From Mobula hypostoma (taxonomy: Eukaryota), in assembly GCF_963921235.1 (NCBI RefSeq), contig NC_086109.1, forward strand, positions 7,008,001 through 7,072,000: a DNA stretch of 64,000 nt, in the 5' to 3' direction. Of the stretch, positions 13,470 through 26,119 are shown piece by piece (the stretch's first letter is position 1; each line of letters starts with the position of its first letter). Made by a program: the position numbers and the translations under genes. Below the pieces are notes generated by a model. It had not been told where the DNA came from. It searched no databases and saw only the letters and a program-made list of their open reading frames with translations.

Positions 13470-13875
13470 TGAGGCTGTGGGTCTGCTCTGGAGTTTGTGT
13501 CTGTGAGCTTCACGACATTCGCCCCGTTGTATGATGAACTGAGCCTGAGGCTGTGTCCTGCTCCGGGCTTCGTGTCTGTGAGCTTCACAACGATTCACCC
13601 CGCTGTATGATGAACTGAGCCTGAGGCTGTGTCCTGCTCTGGGCTTCATGTCTGTGAGCTTCACGACGATTCGCCCTGCTATATGATGAACTGGGCCTGA
13701 GGCTGTGTCCTGCTCCGGGCTTCGTGTCTGTGAGCTTCACAACGATTCGCCCCGCTGTATTATGAACTGAGCCTGAGGCTGTGTCCTGCTCTGGGCTTCG
13801 TGTCTGTGATCTCTGCGACATTCGCCCCGCTATGAGGAACTGATTCTGTGTCCTGCTCCGGAGTTTGTGTCTGTC
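13470..13875. repeat. About 76-bp minisatellite, about 5 copies
   Basis: CTGTGA recurs at 13501, 13576, 13652, 13728 and 13804. Confidence 0.95.
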
Positions 13876-15130
13876 GACTCACTTTCGTTCTGAATGCTGT
13901 TACTTGCCTTTATTGTTTGTACAAATTGTATTTTTCCCTCTCTCTCCCTCCCCGCATTGGATATTGGTCTTTTTTTAAGTGGGTCCTTTTGTGTTTCTTC
14001 TTTTGTAGCTGCCAAAAAGCAGGTGAATCTCAGGGTTGTATAACTTATACATTCTTTGATAATAAGTGTACTTAGAACTTTGAACTTTTGTGTAATCTTT
14101 GTTATGGAGCATATTTCCTGCTGGACCTCATAATTGTGTACACCTCTCTCAACTTTACTCTGCATGTTAAGGCTCATTTGAAAGTGGAAGTATTTCGAGA
14201 GGCAGGGTCTCGAACTGAGAAGTTGACAATTCCTTCCCCAATGGATCAAGGTCCTGCCTAACCCACGGTGTTCTTCCAGCGGGTTGTTTGTCGCTCCAGG
14301 TTCCAGCATCCGCAGTCTTGGAGCAATCCCACTGACTAATCACCATGAACACCATTGCACTATTAACGAGCCCTAATATTTCCTCCAAGTCCATTCTTTT
14401 CTTGGAAGAAAAAGAACCTCCGGGCTTCACAATATATTCTTTTGTGTTCAGCAGTTATTTCAAAGTGTTCCCATGGGCTCAGCTGTATTAAAATGTTTCG
14501 ATGCCTGCTCTCATTGAGTGTACCCAGGAGGGATCTATGTTTACTGTGTACACAGAGGCAGTGTGACAGGCCTTGAACGGGGCACCTGGCAAGGAGATGT
14601 TTTGCTGGAGAATCTATTGCTTGGGGAACAAGGAGATTGAGAACAGCTGGGTGTCACCAAGTTCACAATGAGGTCGTTTATTGGTGATGTCATGATCTAC
14701 TCTTATCAGAGTGATGTTAGGCTCAATGGGATTCCTAGTTGGGAACAGAAAGACTGCTGGGATCGAAGATGAGGAGAAACCTCACATCACTCAGACAGAC
14801 ATGAGATATGAACCAATGGGGATTTTGCCCTGTCCTTGCACCCTTGAGGAAGCAGCCAGAGAACATTGCAAGCCTTGAAAGCTTTCTTCCAGCTATTTAT
14901 TCTGGCTTCTTCCAACTTCCTTTCCAGTCTTGGCCTGAAACTTCAGCTGTTTATTCCCCTCCATAGACATTGCCTGAACTGAACTGGAATCGAAATCAGG
15001 ATTAATATTACGAGCATATATAGTGAGATTTGTTGTTTTGTGGCAGCAGTACATTGCAATACATTAAAAATGATAAATTACAAATATAAGTTATATAGGT
15101 CATGTAAAAAGAGAGCAAACGAAACAGTGA

Positions 15131-16265
15131 CACCCACAAAATGCTGGTGGAACGCAGCAGGCCAGGCAGCATCTATAGGAAGAGGTACAGTCGACGTTTT
15201 GGGCCGAGACCCTTCGTCAGGACTAACTGAAGGAAGAACTATTAAGAGATATGAAAGTGGGAGGGGGAGGGGGAGATCTGAAGTGATAGGAGAAGACAGG
15301 AGGGGGAGGGATGGAGCCAAGAGCTGGGAAGTTGATTGGCAAAAGGGATAGAAGGCTAGAGAAGGGGGAGTATCATAGGACGGAAGGCCTTGCAAGAAAG
15401 AAGGGGGGAGGGGAGTACCAGAGGAAGATGGAGAACAAGAAAGGAGTTATTGTGAGAGGGAAAGAGAGAGAGAAAAAAATGTAATAAATTTAGGGATGGG
15501 GTAAGAAGGGGAGGAGGGGCATTAACAGAAGTTAGAGAGATCAATGTTCATGCCATCAGGTTGGAGGCTACCCAGACAGAATATAAGGTGTTGTTCCTCC
15601 AACCTAAATGTGGCTTCATCTTTACAGTAGAGGAGGCCGTGGATAGACATATCGGAATGGGAATGGGAATGGGATGTGGAATAGCACACATTTTAATTCC
15701 ACATCCCATTCCCATTCTGATATGTCAATCCACGGCCTCCTCTACTGTAAAGATGAAGTCACACTCAGGTTGGAGGAACAACACCTTATATTCCATCTGG
15801 GTAGCCTCCAACCTGATGGTATGAACATTGACTTCTCTAACTTCCGTTAATGCCCCTCCTCCCCTTCTTACCCCATCCCTAAATTTATTACATTTTTTTC
15901 TCTCTCTCTTTCCCTCTCACAATAACTCCTTGCTTGTTCTCCATCTTCCTCTGGTACTCCCCTCCCCTTTTCTTTCTTGCAAGGCCTTCCGTCCCATGAT
16001 CCTCTCATATCCCTTTTGCCAATCAACTTCCCAGCTCTTGGCTTCATCCCTCCCCCTCCTGTCTTCTCCTATCATTTCAGGTCTCCCCCTCCCCCTCCCA
16101 CTTTCAAATCTCTTACTATCTCTTTTTTCCATTAGCCCTGACGGACGGCCTTGACCCGAACGTCCACTGTACTTCTTCCTATAGATGCTGCCTGGCCTGC
16201 CGCGTTCCAGCATTTTGTGTGTGTTGTTTGAATTTCTAGCATGTTCAAATTTTCTCGTGTTTGCG
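15131..16265. mobile_element. Palindromic (fold-back) Penelope-like insertion: two inverted 3' ends containing the GIY-YIG C-terminus and pseudo-LTR
   Basis: The arms are reverse complements around about 15685. The right arm encodes HFNSTSHSHSDMSIHGLLYCKDEVTLRLEEQHLIFHLGSLQPDGMNIDF. 14-bp TSD AAACGAAACAGTGA (15117-15130 / 16266-16279). Confidence 0.9.
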
Positions 16266-16289
16266 AAACGAAACAGTGAGATAGTGTTC

Positions 16290-17060
16290 ATGCATTGGTT
16301 CAGTGTACGTTCAGAAATCTGATGGTGGAGGAGAGGAAGCTGTTCATAAATCATTGAGTGTGTGCCTTAAGGATCCTATACCTCCTCCACGATGGTAGTC
16401 ATGTCCTTAGTGATGAATGTTGCCTGTTTGAGGCACCACCTTTAGAACATGTTCTTGTTGCCGGGGAAGCTAGTGCCTATGATGGAGCTGGTTGAGTTTG
16501 TCACCTTACCCAGCTTTCTTGGATCCTGTGCAGTGGGTCATAACTAAGTGTGATGCAACCAGTTAGAATGCTCTCCACGGTCCATCTGTAGAGATTTGCT
16601 AGGGTCTTTGGTGACATACCAGATCTCCTCAGACTCCTAATGAAATACAGCCACTGCCATGTCTGCCTTCTTTGTAATTGCATCAATATGTTGGGCCCAG
16701 GATAGATCTTCAGAGATGTTGACACCCTGGAACTTGAAACTGCTCATCCTTTCCGCTGCTGATCCCTCGATGAGGACTGGTGTGTCTTCCCTCCACTTCC
16801 CCTTCCTGAAGTCCACAATCAATTCCTTGATCTTAACGGTAACGACTACAACGTTGATGTTGCAACACCACTCAACCAACTGATCTGTCTCACTCTTGTA
16901 CGCCTCCTTGTCACTGCCTGAGATTCTGCCAACAACAGTTGTGTCGTCTGCAAATTTGTAGATTGTGTTTGAGCTGTGCAGGTCATGGGTGTAGAGAGAG
17001 CAGAGCAGTGGGCTAAGCCCCCACCCTTGGGGGTGCACCATTGCTGATTGTCAGCGAGGA
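16290..17060 (-). mobile_element. Rex1/Babar LINE fragment
   Basis: ORF 16637-17041 (PQG..LSPLL.SLYTHD, KFADDTTVVG, KELIVDFRK). Confidence 0.85.
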
Positions 17061-17140
17061 GACCTGCTGAGTTCTGCCAGCCTTTTGTGTCTGTTGCTCA
17101 AGATTTCCAGCACCTGTGGGCAATGGAGGAGAGACAGGTT

Positions 17141-20100
17141 AGAAACATAAAAACATAGAAAATAGGTGCAGGAGTAGGCCATTCGGCCCTTCGAGCCTGC
17201 ACCGCCATTTATTATGATCAGGGCTGATCATCCAACTCAGAACCCCGCCCCAGCCTTCCCTCCATACCCCCTGATCCCCGTAGCCACAAGGGCCATATCT
17301 AACTCCCTCTTAAATATAGCCAATGAACTGGCCTCAACTGTTTCCTGTGGCAGAGAATTCCACAGATTCACCACTCTCTGTGTGAAGAAGTTTTTCCTCA
17401 TCTCGGTCCTAAAAGGCTTCCCCTTTATCCTCAAACTGTGGCCCCTTGTTCTGGACTTCCCCAACATCGGGAACAATCTTCCTGCATCTAGCCTGTCCAA
17501 TCCCTTTAGGATTTTATACGTTTCAATCAAATCCCCCCTCAATCTTCTAAATTCCAACGAGTACAAGCCCAGTTCATCCAGTCTTTCTTCATATGAAAGT
17601 CCTGCCATCCCAGGAATCAATCTGGTGAACCTTCTTTGTACTCCCTCTATCGCAAGGATGTCCTTCCTCAGATGAGGGGACCAAAACTGCACACAATACT
17701 CCAGGTGTGGTCTCACCAAGGCCTTGTACAACTGCAGTAGTACCTCCCTGCTCCTGTACTCGAATCCTCTCGCTATAAATGCCAGCATACCATTCGCCTT
17801 TTTCACCGCCTGCTGTACCTGCATGCCCACTTTCAATGACTGGTGTATAATGACACCCAGGTCTCGTTGCAGCTCCCTTTTTCCTAATCGGCCACCATTC
17901 AGATAATAATCTGTTTTCCTATTTTTGCCACCAAAGTGGATAACTTCACATTTATCCACATTAAATTGCATCTGCCATGAATTTGCCCACTCACCCAACC
18001 TATCCAAGTCACCCTGCATCCTCTTAGCATCCTCCTCACAGCTAACACAGCCACCCAGCTTCGTGTCATCCGCAAACTTGGAGATGCTGCATTTAATTCC
18101 CTCATCCAAGTCATTAATACATATTGTAAACAACTGGGGTCCCAGCACTGAGCCTTGCGGTACCCCACTAGTCACCGCCTGCCATTCTGAAAAGGTCCCG
18201 TTTATTCCCACTCTTTGCTTCCTGTCTGCTAACTAATTCTCCATCCACATCAATACCTTACCCCCAATACCGTGTGCTTTAAGTTTGCACACTAATCTCC
18301 TGTGTGGGACCTTGTCAAAAGCCTTTTGAAAATCCAAATATACCACATCCACTGGTTCTCCCCTATCCACTCTACTAGTTACATCCTCAAAAATTTCTAT
18401 GAGATTCGTCAGACATGATTTTCCTTTCACAAATCCATGCTGACTTTGTCCGATCATTTCACTGCTTTCCAAATGTGCTGTTATCACATCTTTGATAACT
18501 GACTCCAGCAGTTTCCCCACCACTGACGTTAGGCTAACCGGTCTATAATTCCCCGGTTTCTCTCTCCCTCCATTTTTAAAAAGTGGGGTTACATTAGCCA
18601 CCCTCCAATCCTCAGGAACTAGTCCAGAATCTAACGAGTTTTGAAAAATTATCACTAATGCCTCCACTATTTCTTGGGCTACTTCCTTAAGCACTCTAGG
18701 ATGCAGACCATCTGGCCCTGGGGATTTATCTGCCTTCAATCCCTTCAATTTACCTAACACCACTTCCCTACTAACATGTATTTCGCTCAGTTCCTCCATC
18801 TCACTGGACCCTCTGTCCCCTACTATTTCTGGAAGATTATTTATGTCCTCCTTAGTGAAGACAGAACCAAAGTAATTATTCAATTGGTCTGCCATATCCT
18901 TGCTCCCCATAATCAATTCACCTGTTTCTGTCTGTAGGGGACCTACATTTGTCTTTACCAGTCTTTTCCTTTTTACATATCTATAAAAGCTTTTACAGTC
19001 AGTTTTTATGTTCCCTGCCAGTTTTCTCTCATAATCTTTTTTCCCCTTCCTAATTAAGCCCTTTGTCCTCCTCTGCTGAACTCTGAATTTCTCCCAGTCC
19101 TCAGGTGAGCCACTTTCTCTGGCTAATTTGTATGCTTCTTCTTTGGAATTGATACTATCCCTAATTTCTCTTGTCAGCCACGGGTGCACTACCTTCCTTG
19201 ATTTATTCTTTTGCCAAACTGGGATGAACAATTGTTGTAGTTCATCCATGCAACCTTTAAATGCTTGCCATTGCATATCCACCGTCAATCCTTTAAGTGT
19301 CATTTGCCAGTCTATCTTAGCTAATTCACGTCTCATACCTTCAAAGTTACCCCTCTTTAAGTTCAGAATCTTTGTTTCTGAATTAACTATGTCACTCTCC
19401 ATCTTAATGAAGAATTCCACCATATTATGGTCACTCTTACCCAAGGGGCCTCTCACGACAAGATTGCTAATTAACCCTTCCTCATTGCTCAAAACCCAGT
19501 CCAGAATAGCCTGCTCTCTAGTTGGTTCCTCGACATGTTGGTTCAAAAAACCATCCCGCATACATTCCAAGAAATCCTCTTCCTCAGCACCTTTACCAAT
19601 TTGGTTCACCCAATCTACATGTAGATTGAAGTCACCCATTATAACTGCTGTTCCTTTATTGCACACATTTCTAATTTCCTGTTTAATACCATCTCCGACC
19701 TCACTACAACTGTTAGGTGGCCTGTACACAACTCCCACCAGCGTCTTCTGCCCCTTAGTGTTACGCAGCTCTACCCATATCGATTCCACATCTTCCCGGC
19801 TTATGTCCTTCCTTTCTATTGCATTAATCTCTTCTTTAACCAGCAACGCCACCCCACCTCCCCTTCCTTCATGTCTATCCCTCCTGAATATTGAATATCC
19901 CTGAACGTTGAGCTCCCATCCTTGGTCACCCTGGAGCCATGTCTCTGTGATCCCAACTATATCATAATCATTAATAACAATCTGCACTTTCAATTCATCC
20001 ACCTTATTACGAATGCTCCTTGCATTGACACACAAAGCCTTCAGGTGCTCTTTTACAACCCTCTTAGCCCTTATACAATTATGTTGAAAAGTGGCCCTTT

Positions 20101-20530
20101 TTAATGCTTGCCCTGGATTTGTCGGCCTGCCACTTTTACTTTTCTCCTTAGTACTTTTTGCTTCTACCCTCACTTTACACCCCTCTGTCTCTCTGCACTG
20201 GTTCCCATCCCCCTGTTGTGAACTAACCTCCTCTCGCCTAGCCTCTTTAATTTGATTCCCACCCCCCAACCATTTTAGTTTAAAGTCACCTCAGTAGCCC
20301 TCGCTAATCTCCCTGCCAGGATATTGGTCCCCCTAGGATTCAAGTGTAACCCGTCCTTTTTGTACAGGTCACGCCTGCGCCAAAAGAGGTCCCAATGATC
20401 CAAAAACTTGAATCCCTGCCCCCTGCTCCAATCCCTCAGTCACGCATTTATCCTCCACCTCATCGCATTCCTACTCTCACTGTCGCATGGCACAGGCAGT
20501 AATCCCGAGATTACTACCTTTGCGGTCCTG
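17141..20530 (-). mobile_element. Young 5'-truncated CR1 LINE with ORF1 C-terminus, complete ORF2 region and 3' tail
   Basis: ORF1 esterase-like end (VVISGLLP...HWDLF...DGLHLNPRG) at 20270-20530, ORF2 at 17237-20269, and a (TTTCTATG)-like tail at 17141-17163. Confidence 0.97.
17237..20269 (-). pseudogene. CR1 ORF2 (APE endonuclease plus reverse transcriptase), interrupted by one in-frame TAG
   Basis: Endonuclease motifs NARS, GITETW, YRPP, GDFN and SDHN. RT motifs YLDFQKAFDKVPH, GVPQGSVLGP and FADD. ORFs 18233-20269 and 17237-18211 are in frame, joined by MEN*LADRKQRV with TAG at 18233-18235 where Trp is expected. Confidence 0.95.
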
Positions 20531-21052
20531 TGATATGCTGAACTGTGCCCACAGCTGTCCGCCGTTTCTTGTGGTCGCAGGCAGAGCAGATGCCATACCA
20601 GGCCGTGATGCCTCCAGACAGAATGTTTTCTGTGGTGCATCGGTAAAAATCGGTGAAGTTGAATGGAACACGGCAAATTTCTGTAGCCACTTGAGAAAGT
20701 AGAGGTTTTGGTGAGTTTCCAAGGTCAGTGTGGTTGGATCAGGACAGCTATTGGTGATGTTCACTCCTAGGAACTTTGAGCTCTCAACTATCTCAACCTC
20801 AACACTGGTGATGTAGATGGAAGCATATGCACCACGCTCTTTCTGAAGTCAAAAACTAGAAGATCTTTTTTTTTGTTGTTAACATTCAGAGGGAAATATT
20901 GCAATTTGCTCCATATAACCACCACCACCTCTACATGATAGATCCTTCCATTGTTTGAAGAATTTTCCAACTGGACCCAGCCGCTAGATTGTGTTTCTTC
21001 CACACAGAGTCTTTGCGGTGGCTGTACTGAGCTTCTGTGAGTCCATCAGCAC

Positions 21053-21620
21053 GTCCATCAGAGGGGTGTTTGGGGTGTCAGGGAGGGGTAGCACCTCTGG
21101 TGGGGGAAAATGTTGCGCTCTTTTCAAGGCAGTTAGTCCACCTTTGGTCCCCACCTGGCACTCAGCTCTCACCTGTGGCTCCCCGTAGCTGTTTACATGC
21201 GACTGCGGCCACACCCCGGGCAACGGCTTCGACAAGCCGGCTAAACCAGGTGAGGGTAGTCGACGGATCTCAAACCCTCGGTGAGATAGGGAGTTGTCTA
21301 TCCCAGCATGTGAAGACAGACTCCGGCGGATTGAGTGGACGAGACCAATGGAAGGTCCAACGGTCAGGAAGGCGGTCTCTGCAAGCGTCGTGGAATGTGT
21401 AGAGCAGGACAAGACACAGAAGACGTCCTGGTCATCCACTGCGCCTAGTCCCATCTCCAGCCATCTCGACTCTGTCTTGCCACTGGATCCAGACGGGAAT
21501 TGGGAAGAGAGAGCGAGGCTGACGCTGTGCAACTCTCCCTCCCTTAAATCCAAACCACGCGCTAGTCTCGACACCGTCATAATGGTGTCGAGGTCCTCTT
21601 CGACGTCATGATGGACGAAC
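21053..21620 (+). mobile_element. Non-autonomous RTE-like retroposon (family B) with a 5' HDV-like ribozyme and a 3' stem-loop
   Basis: A CpG-rich non-coding insert of about 560 bp splits a Tx1 fragment. The 3' hairpin CTCGACACC-GTCATAAT-GGTGTCGAG (21568-21593) lies just before the end. The RTE affiliation is inferred. Confidence 0.65.
21063..21256 (+). ncRNA. HDV-like self-cleaving ribozyme (predicted)
   Basis: P1 GGGGUGU (21063-69 or 21072-78) / ACACCCC (21211-17). P2 CUCUCACCUGU (21166-76) / AC(C)AGGUGAGGG (21245-56). P3 GGC / GCC (21177-79 / 21208-10). L3 begins UCCCCGU. P1.1 GG (21218-19), then GCAA, P4 CGGCUU-CGAC-AAGCCG, and J4/2 G-C(21241)-UAA. Confidence 0.75.
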
Positions 21621-24600
21621 ACACTCCTGCAGCCTGGGATGTGAGAGACAGCAGCATTCCCTTATGGACATCTCCATGTGCTCGAAGTTTCGGGCAGACC
21701 AGAGGGTGTCCTTCATCGCGTTGATCTTCCAGCAACAAAGTCCGTCTCCATGTTAGTCCCTGGGAACAGCTCATAGACCAGAGAGTCTGAGGTGAACCGG
21801 GACACAGGCTCTTGGTTGTAATAAGGTGGGCCCTCCCAGACAGATCCTTCCTGTATGGTCAACATATCACCCCATGACACACTGCCCTTGAGAGAGTTGT
21901 GTTCAGGGCGTGATGGTCAATCACCTCTTATGAAGAATGCAAGGCAGCAGCAGTACTTCATTAGAAGTTTTGGTACATCACCAAAGACTCTTGCAAGTTT
22001 CAGTAGGTGTGCGGCAGAGAGCACTCTCCAGCCTGGGATGGAAGCTGCAAAGCACAGGATCGCAAGAAGCTGTGGACATTTGTAGACCCCGCCACTGGCA
22101 CATCCCACTGCACTCACCCATCATCGAGGGATCTTCAAGAAGCGGTGCCCCAAGAAGAAGTCGTTTATCACCAAGCGCCCTCCCATTCTGAGGCACCTGC
22201 TCATTACTGATGAGAAGACTTTGAGTGGGGCTTGTTTTGCCACGGTTGTTTTTGTTGCTTGTGTTGCTCTGGGCACATGGTGGGCATGCGAGGTTGGCAC
22301 TGGAAGGGGTGGCAACACTTGCAGGCTGCCCCCAGCACATCCTTTGTTTGCGTTGGTTGTTAGAGCAAATGACACATTTCACTACATGTGATAAATAAGT
22401 GAATCTGAATCTGAATCATTGGGAAAGAGGAGGTGGCACGACAGCATAGCGGTTAATGTAATGCTTTACAGTGCCAATTATAAGATTGGGTTCACTTCCC
22501 GCTGCTGCCTGCAAGGGATTTGTATGTCTTCCCTATGACCGCGCGGGCTTTGGGCTGCCCCCAGCACAATCCTCCAACTGTGTTGGCCGCTGACACAAAC
22601 GACTCAGGTCACTGTACATTTCAGCGTTTCGACGTAGGTGAAACAAGTAAAGTTAATCTTTATCTTTAAGAAGTTAGCATTCCCACACTCAGAGTTTCAG
22701 AAACAGGTTTGTCTACTCTGTTTCTGCTGCCTAGTCATGTGGAGTTCCACCCCTTCACTGCTGATTGCTACTCCCGCCATCAGCTCAGGAATTCCCCTTC
22801 CTTTCCTTTATAAACCTCACTCCTTTGTATGAGCTGTAGGTTATTTGCCTCAGTATCTCCTTATAAGGTCTGGCTTTTGATTGTACTCCTGTGCAGCAGC
22901 TTCAGGAGCTTTCTAGTTTCAAAGGTGTGGTGTAGCTCAATTATGACTGGCCTCACTAGTAATCCAGTCCTGAAGAAACTTGGCCCAAAACATCAAATGT
23001 TTATTCCCCTCTGTACATAGTGCCTGACTTTCTGCAGGATTTAATTTTTTTTAATATTATTTAGGCATATGGCAAGTTAAGAAGCCCTTCTGACCCAATA
23101 AACCCATCATGTGGCCAATTAACTTCCTAATTCGTATGTCTTTGGAATGTGGGCGGAAACTGGAACACCCGGAGGAAACCCACGTGGTCACGGGGAGAAT
23201 GTACAAACTCTTTACAGAGAGTGGCGGAATTCAACTCAGGATGCTGTCACCTTGATGGTGGTACGCAAAATTCCATGCCACCGTGACCCCCCCCCCCCGC
23301 CCATTATGGTTACTCTCTCACAAGTTGTGTGCCTTGATGGGCCATTTAATTTAGCCTATCCTCAGGTTCAGGAGGTCAGGATAAGGGTTTCCTGCATTTA
23401 TTTGGCTTTTGAAGCAACACTTTTGCTGTCTGACTGATTTTTCGATCGTTAGTTTCACAAGATCATAAGCACAAGAGATTCTGATGATTCCGAAAATCCT
23501 GTGCAACCCACACAGGAAGAAGGTACTCAGGACTCACACCACCAGGTTCAGGAACATCTATTACCTCTCAACCAGCAGGCTCTTGATCCAAAGGGGATAA
23601 CTTCACCCAACTTCACTTGCCCCATCACAGAAATATTCCCACAAACAATGGACTCACTTTCAAGGACTCTTCATCACATGTTCTCGATATTTATTGCTTA
23701 TTTATTTATTCTTGTCGTTTCTTCTTTTTGAATTTGCACAGTTTGGTGTCTACTTGAACGCCTTAATCGGGCGGTCTTTCATTGATTCTGTTATGGTTAT
23801 TATTCTATAGATTTATTGACTATGCCTGCCTGCAAGAAAATGAATCACAGGGCTGTATATGGTAACATATATGTACTTTGATAATAAATTTACTTTGAAC
23901 TTTGAACATAAAGGCTCCACAAGTTAGGCAGCACTATGGAGGGAAATGAACAATTGACACCTTAGATCAAGATCCGTGCTGTTGCCTTCCTGTTCTTTTT
24001 CTTTGAGTTTCAAAAAAACAGAGTAAAGAGGGTCAAATGGTTTCCAGTACAATGAGTGGAGGTGCCCTTTCATATCCACAGGCAAACTCTCAAATCTATT
24101 TCTATTTCCATGCTAATCTACTGGCTCCCTCTCTGCTTTTAAGCCTGGTGTGAAATGTTCCAAGGTTTCAAAGTATCTTCAGTATACAACCCTGAGTTCA
24201 TCCTGCCACTGGCAGCCATGGAACAAAGAAACACCACGGAACCCACTCAAGAAAGCATCAAGCACCCAACATGCGAAGGAAAAGACCAGCTCAGGCAAAC
24301 AGCGAGCAGATATGACACAGAATATTAAACAATCAAACCGTGACTCCCCGAAACAGTCCCGGAGTGGCAGCCTCCATGTCAGTTCAGTGCCCTGTCAGTG
24401 GCGGCAAGCCTCAGCTGCAGAGCCATTTCTGCGCCGAAGCACCTCTATCGAATCACGCAAACAGCAAAAAAGGTGGAAGCAGAGACACGTGGATCAGGGA
24501 CTGCAGACTCCTCCAAAAATGAGTCCACAGCCGCGGAGCACGTTCTGCACTGAGGACGCTAAACAGCAAACTGCAACGTCCCCCAAAGAAGTGGCCCAGA

Positions 24601-24947
24601 TCCACCACCCACAACATGTCAATCCTATTCAGCGATTCGGCATTCAGAACACATTTCTTCCCACACCTTTCTGTGGACAGTCTCCCACTTTCAATTCTGA
24701 TTCCTGATGAAGGGTCTTGGACTAAAATGTCGAATGCTTTATTCTCTCTGCAGATGCTGACTTCCTCCAGCATTTTTGTGAGCGTTGATTTAAATTTTCT
24801 CTGCACCTGTATAAGGGAGGGATATACGTAGATACTGCCTGCATTCGAGGGCCTGTGCTAGGAGGAGAAGTGGGACAAACTTGGGTTGTTTTCTCCGGAG
24901 AAGGGGAGGCTGAGACGAGATCTGATAGAGGGCCATAAGATCATGAA

Positions 24948-25265
24948 TGTTACGAGACACTCCCAACCTCACCAGCTGCCGAGATTTAAACGCGCTGACT
25001 CTCTGGAGTATGAGTAGCTGGCGCAGCCTCTTTCAGGGCTTAGAACGTTCCTGTTAATTGATAATCATGTTCTGGGCACCAAGAATTGAGTATTTAAGGA
25101 ACACCTGAACATAGGTTCAGCGTTCAATCGTAAGCCCGCCAGTGATTTTGTCTAGCGTTTGCTCCGTGCTCAGCTTCTTGATTCCCGTTTGAGACCGCGA
25201 CTCGATCCCAGCCTCGGATACTCCAGCATCTGGGTCTAAGCCGACCTCGTCAAGGACGGCTGATA
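24948..25265 (+). mobile_element. Probable solo LTR inside a CR1 fragment
   Basis: Starts TGTTACG, has an internal TATTTAA, and ends TGATA. CR1 sequence lies on both sides. Confidence 0.5.
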
Positions 25266-26119
25266 TTTTTTCCTCAGATTGCAAAGTCTAATACCAGCGG
25301 GCATGCATTTAAGGTGAAGAGGATGAGTTCAAAAGAAATGTGCGGGCAAATTTTTACACAGAGAGTGATGGGTGCCTGCAGGTTGTGTTGGTGGAGACAC
25401 ATAGAAGTGTTTCAGAGGCTCATGAATGAGCAGGGATTGGAGGGATGTGGGCAGGAGCTGTTGGTTTAATTAGGTGTTTAATGGCTAGTTTAATGAGATG
25501 GGCTGAAGAGCCTGTTCTTGTTCCATGTTCTAGATCAGAGGTCCCCAACCACTGGGCCGCGGACCGGTACCGGTCCGCAAAGCATGTGCTACCGGGCCAT
25601 GAGGAAACGATATGAGTCAGCTGCAACTTTCCTCATTCCCTGTCACGCACTGCTGAACTTGAACATAGGGTTGCCAACTGTCCCATATTTGCCGGGACAT
25701 CCCGTATATTGGGATAAATTGGTTTGTCCCATATTTCCCCCGCTAAGGTAGAGCGTTCCTATGAAACCTTTCGTGCCGAAATGGCGTGAAGTGAAGAAGA
25801 AATTACCATTAATTTATATGGGAAAAAATTTTGAGCTCCAAAAAATAACCTAACAAATCATACCAAATAACACATAAAACCGAAAATAAGTAACACTAGC
25901 ATATAGTAAAAGCAGGAATTATATGATAAATACACAGCCTATATAAAGTAGAAATAATGTATGTACAATATAGTCGGGAAGATGAAGGCAAAGCCGGTTT
26001 GTAGGGGACAAAAATCGGCACGTACGTGCACGCGCACATCACATGCGCACACAGGTGCCCGCGCAAGGCTTCATGGTCATGATAGTCTTTCCTGGGGTGA
26101 AGCGTCCCGGGATTTGACT

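Larger units (their letters stand above)
20984..21910 (-). mobile_element. Tx1/L1-like LINE ORF2 3' fragment, interrupted by the element at 21053-21620
   Basis: The minus strand gives DSLVYELFPGT... and ...VLMDSQKLSTATAKTLCGRNTI*, homologous to the Tx1-like ends at 36185 and 52380. Confidence 0.7.

Noticed and set aside
13470..13875. ATGATGA/CTGA in each unit as a C/D snoRNA cluster or CRISPR-like array
   Set aside because: The boxes are adjacent with no guide region or terminal stem, there are no unique spacers, and the context is eukaryotic.
19128..19904. 258-aa plus-strand ORF (also 17214-17675)
   Set aside because: Antisense shadow of CR1 ORF2.
20984..21622. 212-aa minus-strand ORF
   Set aside because: A chimeric read-through of the antisense retroposon into the Tx1 terminus.
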